The notes under the pieces were generated by a model, which worked only from the letters and a program-made list of their open reading frames with translations, had not been told where the DNA came from and ran no database searches. This document shows positions 35,501 through 48,448 of a DNA stretch of 64,000 bases, one piece after another. Positions within the stretch are counted from its first letter, which is position 1. Every line of letters begins with the position of its first letter. Origin of the DNA: Pseudovirgaria hyperparasitica (taxonomy: Eukaryota). The stretch lies in assembly GCA_010093815.1 (NCBI GenBank), contig ML996571.1. One strand, given 5' to 3'. The translations under genes and the position numbers were made by a program.

Positions 35501-37441
35501 TTATCATCTCCCGAAGATGCTGATCATCATTAGCAAAGCGCATACTCATGGAATGGTTCTCCTGTCCATTATCGCCTAACAGAGATTCATGAAATCTAAG
35601 GCGCCCTTGACTCGTTGTTAATCTCCTGGGCAAACAGACATTGTAAGGCATTCCATAGTTCTGAGTACCGCGAGAAAGGCGAGGATGAATGAATATCGCA
35701 GCAGGATGAACACGGTATAATACATGCCCATCTGTCAACGTGTCCTTACCCGTCACTCCCATTCACTCACTTGCTACACAACCTTGTGGTCTTATTTGTG
35801 GCTGTGACTGCCAGTCCTCATGGCGCATATATAACGCCCCAGCGCCAAAATTGACATTAACCATCGCCGCTGCACAAACCCCTAGATAGCATCTCAGAGA
35901 AGACAACAGCATTACTGGAACGATCAACCAGGAGGTCCATGTTGTTACACCCTCGTGTGCCCGTTCTTTGCATTCTCATCCACAAACCACCTCGCTTCTG
36001 CCAACTTTACCATCACGCGCACAGTGCATTCATCTATGCATGACACCCATTTACGCTCATCGTCAGTCCAGGATCATACTGCTCATCATCACCACGACGC
36101 CTAAGTCCGAGCGCACTGATCACCAAAGAAAGTGTAAAAGGGCAAGCATTCATACAGACCTTTGCTTGGGATAGAGGGACATGTCGCCTGCTAAATGCTA
36201 TTGGTAACGAACATTAGTGGTAAGCGAACATGAGTGGTAACGAACATAAACTGGTCACTGTTGTCCTGAGCTCAAGATCTAGAGTGAGAGGTACGTTTGT
36301 GAGGAAGGCACGAAACGCACGAATGTATGAGGAGAGATGAGAGTATATATACACTTCCAAAGTCATCTCGCCACTTGCCCGGCATATTACAGATCTCTCG
36401 TCTAATCTGCTTCACTTCCATTCAATGTTGGATTTTTTCCAGGTGTATGGTGGGGTCATGGCGTTTTTATTGATGTTTACTATCACTCGAACATACGGCT
36501 ACTCATTCACTATGCTTGAAACACATATCGCCGGCCGACGCGGACATATATATATATTTATATAGATTCCCGCGCATTATACTCAGGAAATTGTTCGCCC
36601 ACAGACTGTTCCTCCACCTTAGGAAGCAAGATTACACCCACCAGTACCATGACAAAAAGGGGAGAAGAAATCAGTTTCCTCGCTGGTATGTTACAGAAGC
36701 ATGACACTGTATACACCTACCCACCCAACAGTCCCCACAACGTACGACTAGAATGCATACCGGCGGAGAAAAGTAAGAGATCAGTCATCGAATCTTCGAG
36801 CTGCCAGGGAAAAGCACTAGTTCAATCGAGCCAGTAAGAGTGGCATCTCTGGCTGCCACAAGCGCCATGTCTGAATGATCATGTCAAGAGAGATTGCGGC
36901 AACCAGAAAGGCCTATTATCAACAGCAAGAACGAAGGGAGATGACTGAGTCGGCTTCCCGATCGTAATGAGCACAATAGTCTCAACAGGTGTAGCGGAAG
37001 CAATCTGCTGGGTAGCAGCCGATCCAAACTTCTCGGGAGAACATGAGATGGCCGATGAAGTGAGAGGACGGCATTCGTCCGAAGGCCACGGTGGGAGATC
37101 GATGTCTCCTACTGTAACTGCGAGTCTAACACCTGCGCTTGAATTTCCACTGCCCAGCGTCCAATTCAGAAATCTAGACTTCCTGGATCCCCTACTTTCC
37201 AGAGCTGGGGTGAACATTAGTCAACAAGACTCATACATACTGCAATATAGCCAACCGGCCATGGGGAGTGAATTTATTTTTCCCTTTCAATGGGCAGTAA
37301 TTACTGAGTACCTGGTTAGCCCGATTGATTGATCTTAACCTCAGCGAGTAATGGCCTAGCCCACTGATGTACTTTCTCGAACCAGATCTGTTGCGCATGT
37401 CGATGTCCAGATTTGAATACCAATGATAAGTGAAAGGTAGA

Positions 37442-37726
37442 GGTTAGAAGGTCCGGGTTAGAAGGTCCGGGTTAGAAGGTCCGGGTTAGAAGGTCCGGGT
37501 TAGAAGGTCCGGGTTAGAAGGTCCGGGTTAGAAGGTNNNNNNNNNNNNNNNNNNNNNNNNNNNNNNNNNNNNNNNNNNNNNNNNNNNNNNNNNNNNNNNN
37601 NNNNNNNNNNNNNNNNNNNNNNNNNNNNNNNGTTAGAAGGTCCGGGTTAGAAGGTCCGGGTTAGAAGGTCCGGGTTAGAAGGTCCGGGTTAGAAGGTCCG
37701 GGTTAGAAGGTCCGGGTTAGAAGGTC
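37442..37726. repeat. 14-bp minisatellite (GGTTAGAAGGTCCG)n spanning an assembly gap (N 37537-37631)
   Basis: About 7 perfect units on each side of the gap. Confidence 0.97.
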
Positions 37727-38538
37727 GCAGCAGCAACAACAACGGCGACGGCGACGGATCGGCGTAGTCAGTTGGAGTTGAGATGGCGGCCGTCAAATGA
37801 GCGAGCAACGGGCACGGGTGTTGGTACCTGCCAAGACGGCAATGTATGGGGCCATAGTCATTGAACGACGAGACCAATATTGGAGTTCGCACATAGTGCA
37901 TCTATGTTGTGTTAGCAAAGAGTGCTGGCCCTGAACCATTCAGATAGAGCTCTACAGAATATGGCGAGAGCCGAAGCACCATTACAACAAGTCACGACAA
38001 GTGGCAGACAGTGATAATGCACGAAGATGATATTAATTTTTCTCATTTGTCTATCCAGTGCAGTCCGGTCCAGTAGACCAGTCCCACAAGCCGATCACTA
38101 TGAATCAAGATAATAACGCATAAATACACAGCAGGTATTCATGCAGGACTGAGATGAGGGGTTGCAGTGCCCAGGACCTAGGATCAAAAGACCATAATCA
38201 GTCCATCTTCCACAATGAGTTCACCATGATCCATTCCATTGTGGAAGATCCCAGTCCGTGTATATAAACAAAGCAGTAAAACCAACGCCTTTTTGATGCC
38301 GCTGCAAGAACCGTGAGCTCTTCATGAGCTCTTCATGAGCGGGCCAGAGCACCAAAGCCGTAGTAGCGCCGGGTTCCATGCAGATTTTGTAGAGGTATAA
38401 ACGCAGAAGGAGGACCAAGCGTGACCTATCCGAGCATGTGGATAAGTAGACGCGATATATACTGTGCTAAAATCGACGTGTTGTCGATGAGTGGGCCTGA
38501 TGGACCACGTCGTGGCTGTGTACGTGTATAAGACGACA

Positions 38539-40652
38539 CTAGACTGGCACAGCGTGCTTTGCAGCTCCAACCCGGATTTCCTCCTTCATGTTCGCAAGAG
38601 CATTATGCATGCGAAGCAGCTCATTCCTCTGAGCGCTAGTCGGAGGTTCGGGGGAAGTGCTGAGCTCGTTGTGTAGCTTGAAGTATTTGCCGTAGTACTG
38701 CTCAAACTTCTTTGAGAGCTCGATGGTCTGACGGTACGACAAGGATAGGGGCGATGTTGGTGATGTGTCGGAAGGCGAATCGGAAGAGGTGGACAACGTG
38801 TGTGTCTGCTGCGAGGCGGTACTAAGCCTGGGTCGCTTGGTTGGGGAAGAGGTCGAAGAGTGGGCGTCCGAACCAACAGTAGCGATCTTACGTTTCGCAG
38901 AGCTGGAGGCAGAGCCCGAGGGCGTGTTGTTGTGGCTGCCAGACTTGAAGCCATTGACAGGCGTGCGAGAAGGGGCAGCATCAGCATGCAACTTGCGTTG
39001 TTTTGATATGGAGTGGTTGTGTATGTTGTTGTCGAGATCATTCGCGCGGCGCTTAAGTGAGCGGTCAGAGTTGGATGCAGAGACACTAGACTTCGCGGAC
39101 AGTGCATTGTGTACTGGGTGGTCGTCTTCAAAGTCGGAAGCGTTGACTGGCGGCGAAACTGACAGCGGAGACGGGTTCTTTGGCCTGTTTGGAGCTCTGA
39201 CAGGTGCACCAGTCGCTTTCTTGACAGGCCTAGGCTTGTTGGAGGTCTTCAGTACTCCTGGTAAGGGCTTCTCTTCCTCGAGATCTTCCTTGGGAACAAC
39301 AGCTGCAGACTTGATGACTTTTTTCTTTCGGGTCACGGTGTCCTGAGATTCAGCCTTGCCTCGCTTGACCGGCTCTTTCCCAAGAGGCTTTTTCATTGCC
39401 TTCTTCTGCGTCTCTTCACCGGCTGATTTCTTCGTATCGATCTTCTTAGCGGTGGTTTCTTTCTTGTCAGCAGCAGGTTTCTTGTCAGCCGCGGGCTTCT
39501 TATCGGCCGTAAATCTCTTTGGGAGCTTTGGTGTAGAAGAGGATGCTTGTAGTTGAGTTGGAGCTTGTATGACGAGCTTGGAAAGAACCTTGCCTTTGCC
39601 GCGCTCTTCCTTGGGAAGGAGCTTTTGCCAAAGCTTGTCGTCCTTAGGAAGTCGCTGGCGGTCGAAGGCCCTTATAGCGTTATCAACTGCTGTTTGGCGT
39701 TCCTCGCCAGACTTATAAGGGAAGTCAAACACATCAAGCTCCTTGTAGCTCTTCAAGGTCAACTCGTACATTGAGTTCTGCAGGGTTGCCACTTTATCGA
39801 GTACCTGCTTCGCTTCCTCAGCTTTACACCTCAGTAGCGTTGTGATTTCATTCGCAGTGCGCGACTTCACAGCAAGAAGGTGGAGAATAGGCTTGCGAAT
39901 TGCCTTGAGTTTCGCGGCGTTATCTTGAGCAGGTGCAGAGGTCGGTGCCACTCGAGGGGAGGCACTGAAACCTGGACTCGAAGGTTGAGAGCGTCCAGAG
40001 GTATTCAGATGTTGCGTTGATTTTAGCAAAGCCCTTTGCGAGAGGTTACGATTATGTTTGGTTGCATGCAGTGGAGAGGAGTCAAATTGAGTTCTGCAGT
40101 TGAGGGTCAGTATAGTCTTCGCCAAAGGAATGACATGAACGCCGAGCTGCAATCGGCTTGACATACTTTAGAGCATCTTTCTGTTCTTGGATCGAAGCCA
40201 TTCTGTTCTTCAAGCGTTCTGAAGCAACGTCGACCTTCTGCACCGCTTCTGCAGCTGCCTTCATGGACAGGGTGTGACTGATCAAGCCAGCAAAGGCAAG
40301 GTTCTCTTCGTTTTCGTCGGAGTAAAGTTCGTGTTGCATGCGTTCGGTAGAGGTCTGTAATATCTTCTGGGTCTTGCCGTAGCGAAGTGTCTATGTTGAA
40401 TGTCAGCCAAGACCGGTGACAGAGACCGAGACCACCACGGCTGAACATGTCCATAGTATGGGAGGGAAAGCTTACAGGAATCTTGCCGAAGAGGATGTCT
40501 GGCTTGGAACCTTGTTCCACAGCTCTGAGAAGATCCTGGAGCTCTTCATCGCTGAGCTCGATCTGCATAACCTGAGTGGTATTGGTCTTCGTTTCTGGAG
40601 ATCCTGTGGTAGCATCCGGTGCTCCACGCAAGAATAATTCGGAAGACGCCAT
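38539..40652 (-). CDS. RNA polymerase II elongation factor ELL-like protein
   Basis: Exons 40652-40476, 40390-40167, 40093-38539. Central AIRKPILHLLAVK...YELTLKSYKELDVFDFPY (ELL winged-helix-like), K/S-rich linker, C-terminal LSKKFEQYYGKYFKLHNEL...LLRMHNALANMKEEI (occludin/ELL-like). Confidence 0.78.
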
Positions 40653-43374
40653 TGCGTCTTAGTATATAGTAGAAGCAGTTTAGGAAGCTGAACAGGAAAG
40701 TAAGAGAAGAATCGAGAGTTTTGTTGCAGTAGCACAGGGGATTAGGAGGTCGAAGGGTGTTATGGTAGGCGGAGAGCGAGCATTGCGGAAGTTAATGGGA
40801 GATCGACAGTGTGACAATTGCGCGTTGCCAGCGGAGAATAGCCGGCTAGCGGATTGCTATTGTCATACGGCGAAGAGCAGAAAGGTGGGGTAAGTGAACA
40901 GAGAGCGGTGGCAGGTAGTGAGGCGAAGAGAAGATGATTGTGTTGAAAGGTGAAGTGAACTGGAGGGAAGCGAGAGGGTAACAGCGAGGATGGCCGGGTG
41001 GAGCGCACGGTAGTGCTAAGTGTACTATGTAGTGTACAATGGAATAGTGAGTGTCGCGGGCAAGGATGTGCAGTCGAGAGTCTAAGCAACCCACTAATAA
41101 ACTACTGTCCGGGCGGCGAGTCTATGGAACCTCGCGCGAAGAGATGTCTGACGATAGCTGGCTGGGCATGACATGGCAGGGCAGGGCAGAAACAGGACAG
41201 GACAGGGCACTGATTACTTGCCGTACTAATAATTACTTGCTGCCAGCTGCCCATGCGGTGGTGGTGGTATTAGTGGTGTGTGGTGGTGGTGGTAGGATTA
41301 ATTAGTGCTGGGGGGGTCCATTGTCTTTCGAGTTGGGGCTTAGGCGGGACCAGGGACGGTGAGACCCACCTTTCTGCCTCCCCCTCCACTTCCGCCAGCT
41401 CCCTCCAGCTTCCGGCTCAGTTACTTTGTTTGGTGAGAGTTGGATCATGTCTGCGCCTTACTAACTAACTGTTTGTCTTCACCGCAATCACGCTTTTGAT
41501 CCGCTGAGGATGCTGCTTGTCATTGGCCTCAGCTATCACGGCGTACGGTCACTGCTCCAACAGGTACAGTCAGGTTGACTTCTTCAATCATGCCTCATTC
41601 GCGCTTGAATTTGCGCTGGCGCCGCTGCCACGACATTCGCCTTGTGGCACCTAGGCGTTCATGGGAATAATGCCTATACACACAGTAATACCGCTTAGGC
41701 ACATGGATGTCCACCTACTTTCTGTCGCTACTGCACGCCTTTCATCACTGCCCATTTTCTTGGGAACAGCGAGGCGGTGCCGCGGTTCAATGTGAGTACC
41801 TATTCAGGACATATCGGGACCAGGTAACGTTCGCTGCGTTCACAGTGCCGATGCAGAGAGTCTGTAGAAGCTACTTAGCATGCATGTCCATGCTCTCTTT
41901 TTTGTTGTGCGTGTGGCTGCTGATTGATCACTGATTTATCGCATGCCTGTCTAACGAACACTCGTGATCAGCCGCCGCCTTTATTTGAGGGAAGGATACA
42001 GAATATCGAGCAGTAATTATCTAAATTACAGGAACAATCCGGAAGGGCACTCGCAATGCACACCAGCGTCTGCCAAGCTGCTTTGTTTCGAAAATACCCA
42101 TGGACAATGAACGTGGATCACAAAGCGCGAGTACCGGTTGATCGAATCGACACACCTACGCCGGCCACTTTAGGAGCCTGCCTCTTCATTAAGGTCATAC
42201 AGTCAAGCGTCATGCGGCATATACCTGGACAGGACATGAGGAGGGGCGAATTGCTTTGCACCCACGTTAGCCAAACTGATGCAACCTATCCATCCATCTC
42301 TGAACAAACGTCGGCGGGAAGCCCGGCCAGACCTGAATAGTCGTGACAAACCATGCCACGCTACAGCGAAAGTCTTGGCTTCTGGCGACATCCAGGTTCT
42401 CTTCCTTCCTAGACCCTGCTCAGCCGGGGGAATGCTCAGGTACAATAATCTCTATGCACTCATCAACGGCGCCTCGTCTTTTTGCAGGACACCAGCGCGC
42501 TTCTGTATTATCGACGTTCGAGCAGTCGCGGTATCCGACAAGAACCAGCTCGATGTCACTTTGCTCCGACGCATCTGACGGTAGGATTTAAATCGTACTG
42601 TTGGCATACCAAGACACTGGTCTCTGATTCGCCGCTGGTGACGTCGCAGAGCCCGTGTGCCAGCTTACTACACTACTGAAGGATAGTCGTGGCAATCAGC
42701 GCCGGTTTGTAACGTTGTAACACCTTTAGACCTCATGAATCTCATTCAGACTGGTCGTCTGCCTCAACACTTTACCTGAGGCGCCATATGATGGTTGGCG
42801 TACCAAGCGACTGGATGCATTGCTTCCATACTTTCATCCCACCTGATATCGAGAGAAGTAGTCCAGTCGCAGCGAGGAAGCCAGTGGTGGTGCGTCAGCC
42901 TAACCAACCATAAACGTGGAGTACCTGTTTCGGACCCTCGTGCAGGCTAGTTAGACGATCAGCCGTCGCATCATTAACAGGCCTTGATCAGCAGCGCAGA
43001 TGTATTTTTTATGATGTCTAGTGCAAGCACGGCAGTCATGTCCATACCTACAGACAAGAGCTCCACAGGTGTGCGTGTGAGCCTTGTCTACACTGTAGCT
43101 ATCTTTACGCAGGGAGGTGGAGGCCTCCACTGGCTACTGAGCGCCATGTAAGGACGCCCCTACTACTGCCAAAGCGGATGACGCCGAGCTACCCGCTGTA
43201 GTCAACAGCCACCACGGTGCGGGTGTCCTCTTTGTGTCTACTTAGGTCATCAGATGATCCGATGAGCAAGTCATTTGAACTATCATTCATATCGATCGCA
43301 GATGCATCGCCATAGAAACGTTTGCCCTCGCCATATTCGAGTAGAAGCATAGATAAGGGTCGTACTCAGTGACA

Positions 43375-43625
43375 GAGAGCGCAAGCAGGGGCATAGATGG
43401 GCCCACGAGGCAGCCGGGGGCTTAACCCTGAAGATGGAGCAATAATGGCAGCATGCAGCGAAGCTCCCGTTGCCCGGGCGGATCTGGCGACCCCTCGGGC
43501 GGTTCGATTCTGGCCCCGAGCTTTAATACCTGGTTTGGTCCCGGTCCACTCGCGAAAAATTACCCCTCGCCTCTTCTCTCCACGGAATAATAGTGCCTCC
43601 GTGGTATCTCCCATAGCAGCCTTTT
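43375..43625 (+). ncRNA. Candidate structured RNA with Pol III A/B-box-like motifs (unassigned)
   Basis: GGTTCGATTC at 43501 caps a nested hairpin (CTCGGG/CCCGAG; CCGGG/CCCGG); A-box-like TGGCAGCATGC at ~43446; hairpin CCACGGA/TCCGTGG at 43580-43604; TTTT at 43622. Confidence 0.3.
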
Positions 43626-46600
43626 ATTATTACTTATATGCCTCAACATGTCCGAGTCGTTAAACCGCCAATCATAGTCATCAAGCTTTCAAAATGTTTA
43701 TAGGGTATGGGACCCTACCGTGATACTATCTACGACGCAATTACGACACTAAAACCTAAGGTACGACGAAGCTGCCCCACCTCGCTATCGGCATTTGCCT
43801 TGGCACAGTGATAGAGGAGCCTGGAATCCTGAAGGGATAGCGAGACGTTCTACTGACTACTTCATAACCTTCCAGAATGGGTCGACACGACACGTAGGAA
43901 TGAATCAAGTGACTCGACACTTATACACAGTACTACTACAACACCGTCTCGAGTTTGTATATATCCATGAAAGACATACTGGTCCTACTACCTACGATGC
44001 CTCAGCGGCAACATGTGTCTCGTCTTGGCGTGCCCTGCGTGGAAGCTCGCTAGAAGACACCACTATTTCGCTTGGATGCAGCAATCTTTCCCCAGCCGTG
44101 ATTACGTGCATTTGTGCATTATCACTCTCCAGGGGCGAGTCTTCCGTGTCCGACTCCGAATGTGCAAGAGCCCACGCAGAAGTGTTACAAATCCTCGTCG
44201 CCACCATTCTGGACTCAGATGCACACATTGAGTAAGTGTGGTGTGTACCAGTCAAGTTTATAGCCTTACGCGCGACTTGAACCGCATTGGATTGCAGAGA
44301 GTGGCGCCCCGTTCAACTCAACTTCGCCAAAAACTACGAATACCTTCGTGTTCCGCCTTCGTGATTCCGTGGCTAGCAGCTGACCATCAAAGAGTAAATG
44401 TGGGCGTTCTCCGTCAGGACCGGCTCGCAGACCGCTGTCCCTGTGGCTTTTTGCGGGGTCACCTGTAGACCACCATCATTCTTGGTCGTATTAATCTGGA
44501 TAATCACGCCCGAGCAAGGCCTGTCCCTGATAATCTGGAAAGCTGCCCGTGCAATATCATCATAATCAAGCGGCTGTACCTGCGTTCGCCGTCTCGCCGT
44601 CTATGCTCGCCGTCTCGCAGCCTGCGCTCGCCGTCTCGTTGCCAGTCGACGCTGCGTTTCGAGATTGCTATGCAGCCACGGTGGGGATAACAAGGATGAC
44701 CTGACTAAAGCAGATTTAGGGTCCTGCAACAATGGAGCTCGTGATAGGCATATTGTACGCATCAGACTCCTCGGAGATCAGACCTGGCCGTCAAAATTGA
44801 ACCAGGGCGAACGCTACTGCTATGTACGACCTGTTCTTTGACGGGTACTTTGGCCGCATTCGTCGAACGATCAACAGGTGTGCATCGTAGTGCCGCGTGA
44901 ACTACCACTGCGAGGATGAAGCAATTCGTCTGCATTCATTCGTTGAACTCTTGAGAAATAGCATGACCGCATCAATACAGATTGCGTCTTCTGCTGAGGC
45001 TCTGGTCGTGATAGCTTTTGCGATGCTGACAATTGAATACTTTGACTCTCCAGTACAAAAGCACATAAAGAAAAGCAAGGCTTCTATCCTCCTATCCTCT
45101 AGCATCCGACCAGGACGGCCCTCCACGGGTATAAAACGATAGGCACAGCTCTGGAAGTGAAAATGCGTCCACATTGTATGACCATGCGCCGAACCCGTGC
45201 TCTAAAAGTGGATTTGTGCCACCATATGACTTGACAACGAGGACAGCTGCCGCGGACAGCGCCTTTACTTGCGCCAACGACCTGGTTATTGGAGCTATCC
45301 GGATGGGACGTTGTACAGCGCCATTGTTTCGCCATGAAAGGCGTGTACATTACTAAATTGTGGCCGCGTTCTGCCTAATATACTGGAGTGTGGCGGCCTG
45401 CTTCTACCGCATTTACTCATGTGTAATCGAATGCTAGAAAAGCCAAGATCGCTCATATTTGGCGTATCGGTCCGTGTGACTAGGTGAGTCGGCGTACGAG
45501 GTGTTTATCGGTTATTAGCACCAATACATTCAGAGCCTCGCGGAAGCATCACCACAATGGCGAGGATAAGTCGCAGCTTATAATGATGGTGCTGGCGTCC
45601 AATCAATGTATCCGCTTTATGCATTAATCTTATCAGGAAAATGTATAAAATGTATAACATAGCATCATTATCTAATGGGAAATGATGGTAATTACCTACA
45701 ACATCTAGCAAGAACCTTTTCGAGACGAACTGAGAAGTACGCCTATCAGACTGAAACCTGCCCTAGTTGACGATCAAGTACCATGTTCACGTAACATCCT
45801 TATGGATAACATACAATCCTCGTGCTACTTTTATTTGGCTGCCACCTACACTCTAATACCTCATAGCTAACTCTCATCCACTACTATGTGCCTTCTCAGG
45901 CTACGCACCGCCGCCCTCAAAAGACCACGAAGACAAGCACATACCAGACAAGAAATACTACGAATGGCGCTCCTTCACATCTCAAGTCATCGGACCATAG
46001 ACAACGGCTGACCTCCCCTTCTCCATCAATCCTGACAGACCAAGGTGTACACCTACAAGCAGGCTATACTCGTCAGATCGAACTGTAGTCTCAGCAGGGT
46101 ACACCCGAACGAACTGGGCGCATCCGGTTAGCTTTGCAGTGCAGATTATGTGACTACAGGGAAGAATCTGGTGGACGAGCTCGTCCTGAGTCTTACGACT
46201 GTTACACACACGCATGGACGAGGATGCTGTTACTCTCGAATCCCCCGAGCCATTAAACGCAAGTGCTTGACACTATATGTGCAAGGCATGATGTAGAGAT
46301 CGTGAGGCTGCATGTGAGGAGTAAGAGTAAGGAAACAACCTGTAGACGTGAACACGCAAAAATCATTATGGAAATATCTGCGAGCGAGCAGCTCTGGGTG
46401 TTTGAGAAAGTGCGAATGTATATGACGAATATATGGGTGCTGCGTGTTCTAGACGTACTGCATAGCGTGGCTACGCGGTCGCTATGGCGATATAGGAAAG
46501 CTTATTACAACGAGGATGCGACATATCACATTGTCGACTACAGATGTGAATACATCGAAGCCTAGTTGGTTTTTTGAAGAGAGAACTGGATATGAATGAT

Positions 46601-47758
46601 ATGTTGTTCACAAACCCGGTGATATATAATTGAGAGCATACGTGGTTGTCTTAGTATCTTAGGTGATATTCTCGTTTTTCAGAAAAGTCTTGATATTCTT
46701 ATGCGTATGTATGATGATATCATGTGGAAGAGCAACAGACATATTACTTACCTCGTTCCAGCACTTAGCTACGGACTGATGATACTTACACAATTGAGCC
46801 TGAACAATGGCCATTGTTCCACAATAATCAATCAGATGTACGCGTGCATTCAATGCTATGCAGAACACAACGGGGCACAAATAGCTTCGAGATGTCCGAG
46901 CAGCTGCGAAGGACAAAGGGGTTCTGTCTGAAAGGCATACAGGGGTGGCTAGTCATGATTACACAGGGTATCCAAGTAGGCATTCATCATATCACTTTAA
47001 TGCTTCTCCTCTCAATTAGGATCCTTCGATCATGATCTTCCCCTGTACCATACATTTTGCTCCACACACACATCACACGATCGCAACGATCGAACAGCCA
47101 AGCCCAGATATGGCCCACTGTACATTTTTCTCCGAGATACGCAACTGCATGCAGCTGCGGTCGATCTGCGAACGGGAGCGTCCTGCACGTATCCGTGCGG
47201 CATTCGCAATGTCCGCACGGGGTGTACATTCAGTGGTGCAAGGCGAATCGCTGTTTCGGATGCTGGACCTTGAAGCGTCGGTTGGACAATCAGGCGATTC
47301 ATGTAACTCGAAGTTTGTTTCAGAGAACGCGTGAGAGTCGCGAATCGATTGGAGAACGCGATGGTCTATAATTAAGTCTGACTAGGTTAGCGCGGGACTA
47401 TGGGGATGACAGGCTATAACGTGACGCGGCTGCACTTCGGGAAGCAGTTGCTCGGGAACGGTAGACTTGTCAACAGCACTAGTATCGACTAGGATAAACG
47501 TAAAGATGAAAGTATCGCGACACTTTCCTTTCACGCAACCAACATCTTACTTACTCTCACCCTCATCTCTCCTGTACACCTTCAGTCCCACTATTGTGCT
47601 CATATATCAACATCCGATTCTCTGTTTCACACTACCATCAACAGCTCGCTATATATAGATCTATCTCGGATCCCACTCCTATCACTTTGCGACTCACGCA
47701 GACGGGTCACACCTACCTTGACTCTCAGACTCTTCCACTGTTCTAGTCAAATCTCATC

Positions 47759-48448
47759 ATGGACTCCTACGCCGAGAACCCTCCCTCCACCATGCCAGAC
47801 GCCAAAGTCTCTCCTCCAACGCGCTCGTCTGGCAGCACACAGAACACCACCAAGCGGTAAGTGTCCTACTTGCGTCGATCTCCTCAGGGCATACAACTAA
47901 TATGACCCAGCCTCCAAACCGAACTTATGAACCTCATGCTCTCGAACACGCCCGGCATCTCCGCCTTCCCGTCTGACGCCACCTCTCTCCTGCACTGGAC
48001 AGCCACCATTGACGGCCCTGCCGACACGCCGTACGCCAATTTGACCTTTAAGCTCACGTTCGAGTTTCCCAGCTCGTACCCGCTGCAGGCGCCGACAGTA
48101 CTGTTCAAAACACCGATCTATCACCCCAATATCGACTTCTCAGGGAGAATTTGCTTAGACATCCTTAAGGAGAAGTGGAGCGCGATCTACAATGTGCAGA
48201 GTGTATTGTTGAGCCTGCAGAGTCTGTTAGGGGAGCCTAATAAGTGAGTCCCCCTATTCTATGTTTCCATATCTCCTAACGGACCCGCAATGTGCGTTTC
48301 AAAGGAGACTCCGTACTGACTTATTACGAACAGTGCAAGTCCACTCAACGGCAAGGCTGCAGAGCTCTGGGACTCTGACCCGGAAGAGTTCCAGCGACAA
48401 GTGCTCGCTCGACACCGCGACTTGACTGACGAGGAGATGGAGATCTGA
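47759..48448 (+). CDS. Ubiquitin-conjugating enzyme E2-C (UbcH10/Ubc11 type)
   Basis: Three exons (introns 47857-47911, 48245-48333); TKRLQTELMNLM, GISAFP, YHPNID..GRICLDILKEKWS, SLLGEPN, SPLNGKAAELWD. Confidence 0.95.

Noticed and set aside
37442..37726. CRISPR-like array
   Set aside because: Head-to-tail repeats without spacers, in a eukaryotic genome
39461..39512. ADKKPA repeats in the ELL-like protein
   Set aside because: Ordinary low-complexity linker duplication
43080..43430. RNase MRP RNA suggested by GGGGCTTA at ~43417
   Set aside because: The matching upstream GAAAGTCCCC-type P4 strand is absent
43440..43525. tRNA gene suggested by GGTTCGATTC
   Set aside because: No acceptor, D or anticodon arms can be formed; kept only as an unassigned structured element
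44490..44520. TPP riboswitch-like ATCTGGATAAT
   Set aside because: Lacks the CTGAGA element and P4/P5 continuation; no thiamine gene nearby
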